Assembly (NCBI GenBank): GCA_951406725.2
Contig: OX597833.1
Span: 7,502,001-7,566,000 of the forward strand
Source of the DNA: Octopus vulgaris
Lineage: Eukaryota
Length of the DNA stretch: 64,000 bases
Direction of reading: 5' to 3'
Shown: one piece after another, positions 58,202 through 64,000 of the stretch
Numbering within the stretch: position 1 is the stretch's first letter
Layout: each line of letters opens with the position of its first letter
Position numbers and translations under genes: made by a program
The notes under the pieces: generated by a model
The model's database searches: none
What the model was told of the DNA's origin: nothing
What the model saw: only the letters and a program-made list of their open reading frames with translations

Positions 58202-58401
58202 TATTTTATCGTCTGTTTTTAAGTTCCAGAGTATTTTGGACACTGTACGTTTACTGTTGAAATGCTTAATAAAATCGGTGAGTCCTGGAGGCGTTTTGTT
58301 GCCCCTTTTATGACGCCTTTGCCTCTCTTACCGTCTTCATATCTAACTGTGTCCCTTCCCAGACATCTTTGTAATCCATGACGAAAAAAAATCAACAAAA
58401 A

Positions 58402-58762
58402 TGTGGCTGTTGTAAGAAGCTTGGGCAAGTGTCTTCACCTATAACCTCGGGTCAACCAAAGCCTAATGAGTGGATTTGGCAGACGGAAACTGAAAGAAGC
58501 CCGTCATATATATATGTGCATGTGTGTGTGTGTGTCTGTGTATTAGTGTGTGTATCTGTGTTTGACTCCCCCACCATCGTTTGACAACCGGTGTTGGTGT
58601 GTTTACGTCCCCGTAACTTAGCGGTTCGGCAAAAGAGACCGATAGAATAAGTACTAGGCTTAAAAAGTATGAGTCCCGGGATCGATTTGTTCGACTCAGG
58701 GCGGTGCTCCAGCATGGTCGCTGTCAATTGACTGAAACAAGTAAAAGAATAAAAGAATAAAA
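58402..58762 (+). mobile_element. SINE family A with the B-box region deleted
   Basis: gtggctgttgtaagaagcttg joined directly to ggcaagtgtctt; tail gtaaaagaataaaagaataaaa. Confidence 0.88.
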
Positions 58763-58910
58763 ATGTCTTAATTAAGGGCCAGAGCGAGCTGAAGGGTGGA
58801 GGGGGTTAATCGATGAAATCATCCACATCACATGACTGGTATTGATCGTATCGATTCTGCAAGAATGAAGAAGTCAGAGCGACCCGGACCGCAAATAAAG
58901 CTTGTTGCTC

Positions 58911-60713
<1,803 letters not shown>

Positions 60714-61255
60714 AAACATTCCGATTTCCGCCAAACGCGGTTTTCATTGAAATTGCTGCACGACTCTAGGAAAGAATGTACAACAACAACAACAGCGTAA
60801 AGAGAGAACGGAAAAGAATGTCACATTTGTCCGTGAGAGGGCGTTGTTAGTACATTAAGACATATTAGTGGCTTGGTGGAGTGTATGGGTGACAGTGGGG
60901 TAGGACAAGGGTGGCGAGGTGGGTGAATATCAATATGGCGGAGGGTGGTAATGGTGGTGTTAGTCGTGGCGGGGTGGGATGCGGGGTTGTGGATGTAGTG
61001 GTTGTCGTTGTGGTGGTCGTGGAATGCTTACCCGGAGTAGGTATTGCGTGAAACAATGTGGGTGTTGCGTGGGAGTGATGTGGAGGGTGGGGTCGGGGCG
61101 GGTGTTAAAAACCTGCAGTGGCTGGGTGGTCGGGTGGGGGAGGGTTTGGCGTTAAGGTACATAGAAAGGTGGGTGTGTCGTGAAGATATGGGTAGATAGT
61201 CGGGTACTTAAGATTGTCAGTGACTAATTGGTACCAGCTTCTGACTGGGGTGATG

Positions 61256-61329
<74 letters not shown>

Positions 61330-61388
61330 ACATAGGACAATACAAAGGGTGCGAGGAAAGACTGGGTGACACATATGTCTGCGGGTGA

Positions 61389-61585
61389 GGCGACGAGCTG
61401 GCAGAATCGTTAGCGTGCTTCGTGGCATTTCGTCCGTCTATACGTTCTGAGTTCAAATTCCGCCGGGGTCGACTTCGCCTTTCATCCTTTCGGGGTCAAT
61501 GAAATAAGTACCAGTCGACTACTGGGGTCGACATAATCGACTTACGCTTCCCCCCAAATTATTGGCCATGTACCAAACTTTCAAA
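61389..61585 (+). mobile_element. SINE family B
   Basis: ggcgacgagctggcagaatcgttagc...gagttcaaattccgccggggtcgact. Confidence 0.85.
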
Positions 61586-61595
61586 TCAGTTTATA

Positions 61596-61960
61596 TGGCT
61601 GTGTGTTTGTGCATGGTTTTGCGTTCAATCCCATTGCACGGCACCTTGGGCAATTATCCTCGTTAATTTCTGTCTACTAAATATATTCAGAATAAATTGG
61701 GAGTGTATTTAGTTACATGGAAACTAAGAGGAAGCCTGCCGTATGTATATGTATGTGTATTGTGTTTGTGTACCTTCCCACCATTCGACAAGAAGTGTTG
61801 GTCTGTTTACGCGTCAATGATTTCGCGGATCGACAAAAGGTTTCAACGGAATAAGCACCAAATTAAAAAATATATACTACGATCGCCTTGTTCGACTAAA
61901 CCCTTCAACGCGGTGCTACAGCATGGCCGCAGCCCAATGACAAAAGGATGAAAAAGTTAA
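61596..61960 (+). mobile_element. SINE family A, old and degraded
   Basis: tggctgtgtg head, ggcaccttgggcaa, cggtgctacagcatggccgcag. Confidence 0.7.
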
Positions 61961-61978
61961 AAGATAAAAAGTATATAT

Positions 61979-62071
<93 letters not shown>

Positions 62072-62104
62072 AGACAGATAGACAGACAGATAGATAGATA
62101 GATC

Positions 62105-62260
<156 letters not shown>

Positions 62261-62271
62261 TATATATATAT

Positions 62272-62318
<47 letters not shown>

Positions 62319-63294
62319 CATAGAATGATAGATAGATACATAGATGGATAGACAGATAGATAGATAAAAGACATCATTTAAGATAAATTCTAGCTGAAGT
62401 GTCTTCCGTACCGGGTCCCTGTTCATCGGGTATCTCAAACAAGATGTGTAAATATAAATGGGGGTGGGGTGGGAGAGTAAAAGAAAGAAATAGAGAAAGA
62501 AGGAGGGAGTAAAGGTTGGAGTGAGTGGTGGTGGGCGTGGAAAGGTCTCCTTCAGTGTTGCAAGGGTTTGACCTTTTAATAGTTTGGGCTGCCCTTGTTA
62601 CCGCCCGGGGTCACCACAAGTTGGGTGGCGTGGGCGGTAGGACCTGGCGCGGCCTGTGGAAGTGGATGTGGTTTTAGGGTGGGTGGGCTTCAAGATTAGG
62701 GAGTAATGTGTTTAGGGGTGTGTGGGAGGGGGTTAGATGCTTTTGAAAATGTGTGGGGAGGGAGAGGGAGGGGTAGCTGAATATGAGTTTCATACATAAT
62801 GTACTGAGTATATATATATGCATATATATGTATACATGCAATGTGTATATATGTATGCATGTACATACACACACACACACACACACACATACGTACATAT
62901 ATACACATACGCATGTACATACACATGTCTGTGTATGTGTTTATGTGCATAGGTATATGTATGTGTATATAAATACACACACAGACACACTCACACACAC
63001 ACACACACACACATATATATACACACAAATGCGTATATATATATATATATACTAACGTATATGTGTGTGTTTATGTACGCAGATAAAATAAAGCAGATGT
63101 GAAACAATAAATGAATGGGTGTGTGTGTGTGTATATCTGTATATACACTATGTATACGCGTATGTATGTATGTATGTCTTCATGTGTGTGAATATATATG
63201 TATGCATATGTGTCTACGTGCGTGTCTGTATAAGTGTGTCCGTGTGAATAGATGTCTGTGCATGTGTGTGTGCGTGTGTGTGTGTGTGTGTGTG

Positions 63295-63397
<103 letters not shown>

Positions 63398-63403
63398 TAT
63401 GTA

Positions 63404-63492
<89 letters not shown>

Positions 63493-63980
63493 GTAAGAAT
63501 GAACAGATGTGACGGCGTTAATGGAGACCAGCTACAGCAATGTTGTTGGAATGTCCAGCATACTTGATGACAATTCACACCAGATGGCGCTCTAAATCAC
63601 CCGGCACGCTACTCTCACACCCAGAATGCTACGACTGCTTCTGTTCCTCTCCCTGCAATTCTTACTGCTGCCCCTGCTTACCCTGCTGCTGCTTTTGCTG
63701 CTCTTTCTGTTGCTATCGATGGACATAGCCGACCACTTTACGCAAATGCTCACATTCATGGCAAACTCTTCCCTTTATATACACAGCCATATACTTTGAT
63801 CCTCCTCCGATTGCAGTATTTTTTTCACATTAGAGGACCAATAGCGTTGATACACACCCAAACAGACACACACCGACAACGGTTATCCTCGGGTTCTGCT
63901 GATGTTACATAAACACACACACACACTCCCTAACATCTTGGCGCGCAACCAACAGTAGGCCATTCCAAAATGATCAATTA

Positions 63981-64000
63981 AGGCGGCGAACCGGCAGAAT
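63981..64000 (+). mobile_element. Start of a SINE family B copy, cut by the window edge
   Basis: aggcggcgaaccggcagaat matches the family-B 5' end. Confidence 0.55.

Noticed and set aside
63540-63800. Cys-rich ORF and an overlapping Leu-rich signal-peptide-like ORF
   Set aside because: Both come from a degenerate (CTG)n tract; no family-specific spacing or splice support.

Overview
AT-rich eukaryotic intergenic/intronic DNA saturated with microsatellites; the SINE/LINE repertoire fits an octopod cephalopod (Octopus-like; inferred, not searched). I found no supportable host protein-coding gene, and almost all long ORFs are microsatellite translations. The real content is mobile DNA: (1) two abundant tRNA-derived SINE families plus rarer ones; (2) two CR1-type LINE 3' ends; (3) an R4/Dong-like restriction-like-endonuclease retrotransposon 3' end; (4) four Tc1/mariner relics, one with DD41D spacing; (5) Penelope-like (PLE) RT and GIY-YIG relics; (6) a 5-copy ~285-bp tandem repeat and a 1.8-kb (GAT)n array. 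The most notable signal is a dispersed set of about 9 sequence-unrelated minimal type-I hammerhead-ribozyme folds. Most have a palindromic stem III. The core 3-8 pair covaries across copies (C-G, U-A, G-C) and position 4 is C in two copies. Several lie inside long fold-back palindromes (arms of 43, 93, 108 and 367 bp), mostly at (TA)n tracts; one insertion has a 14-bp target-site duplication.
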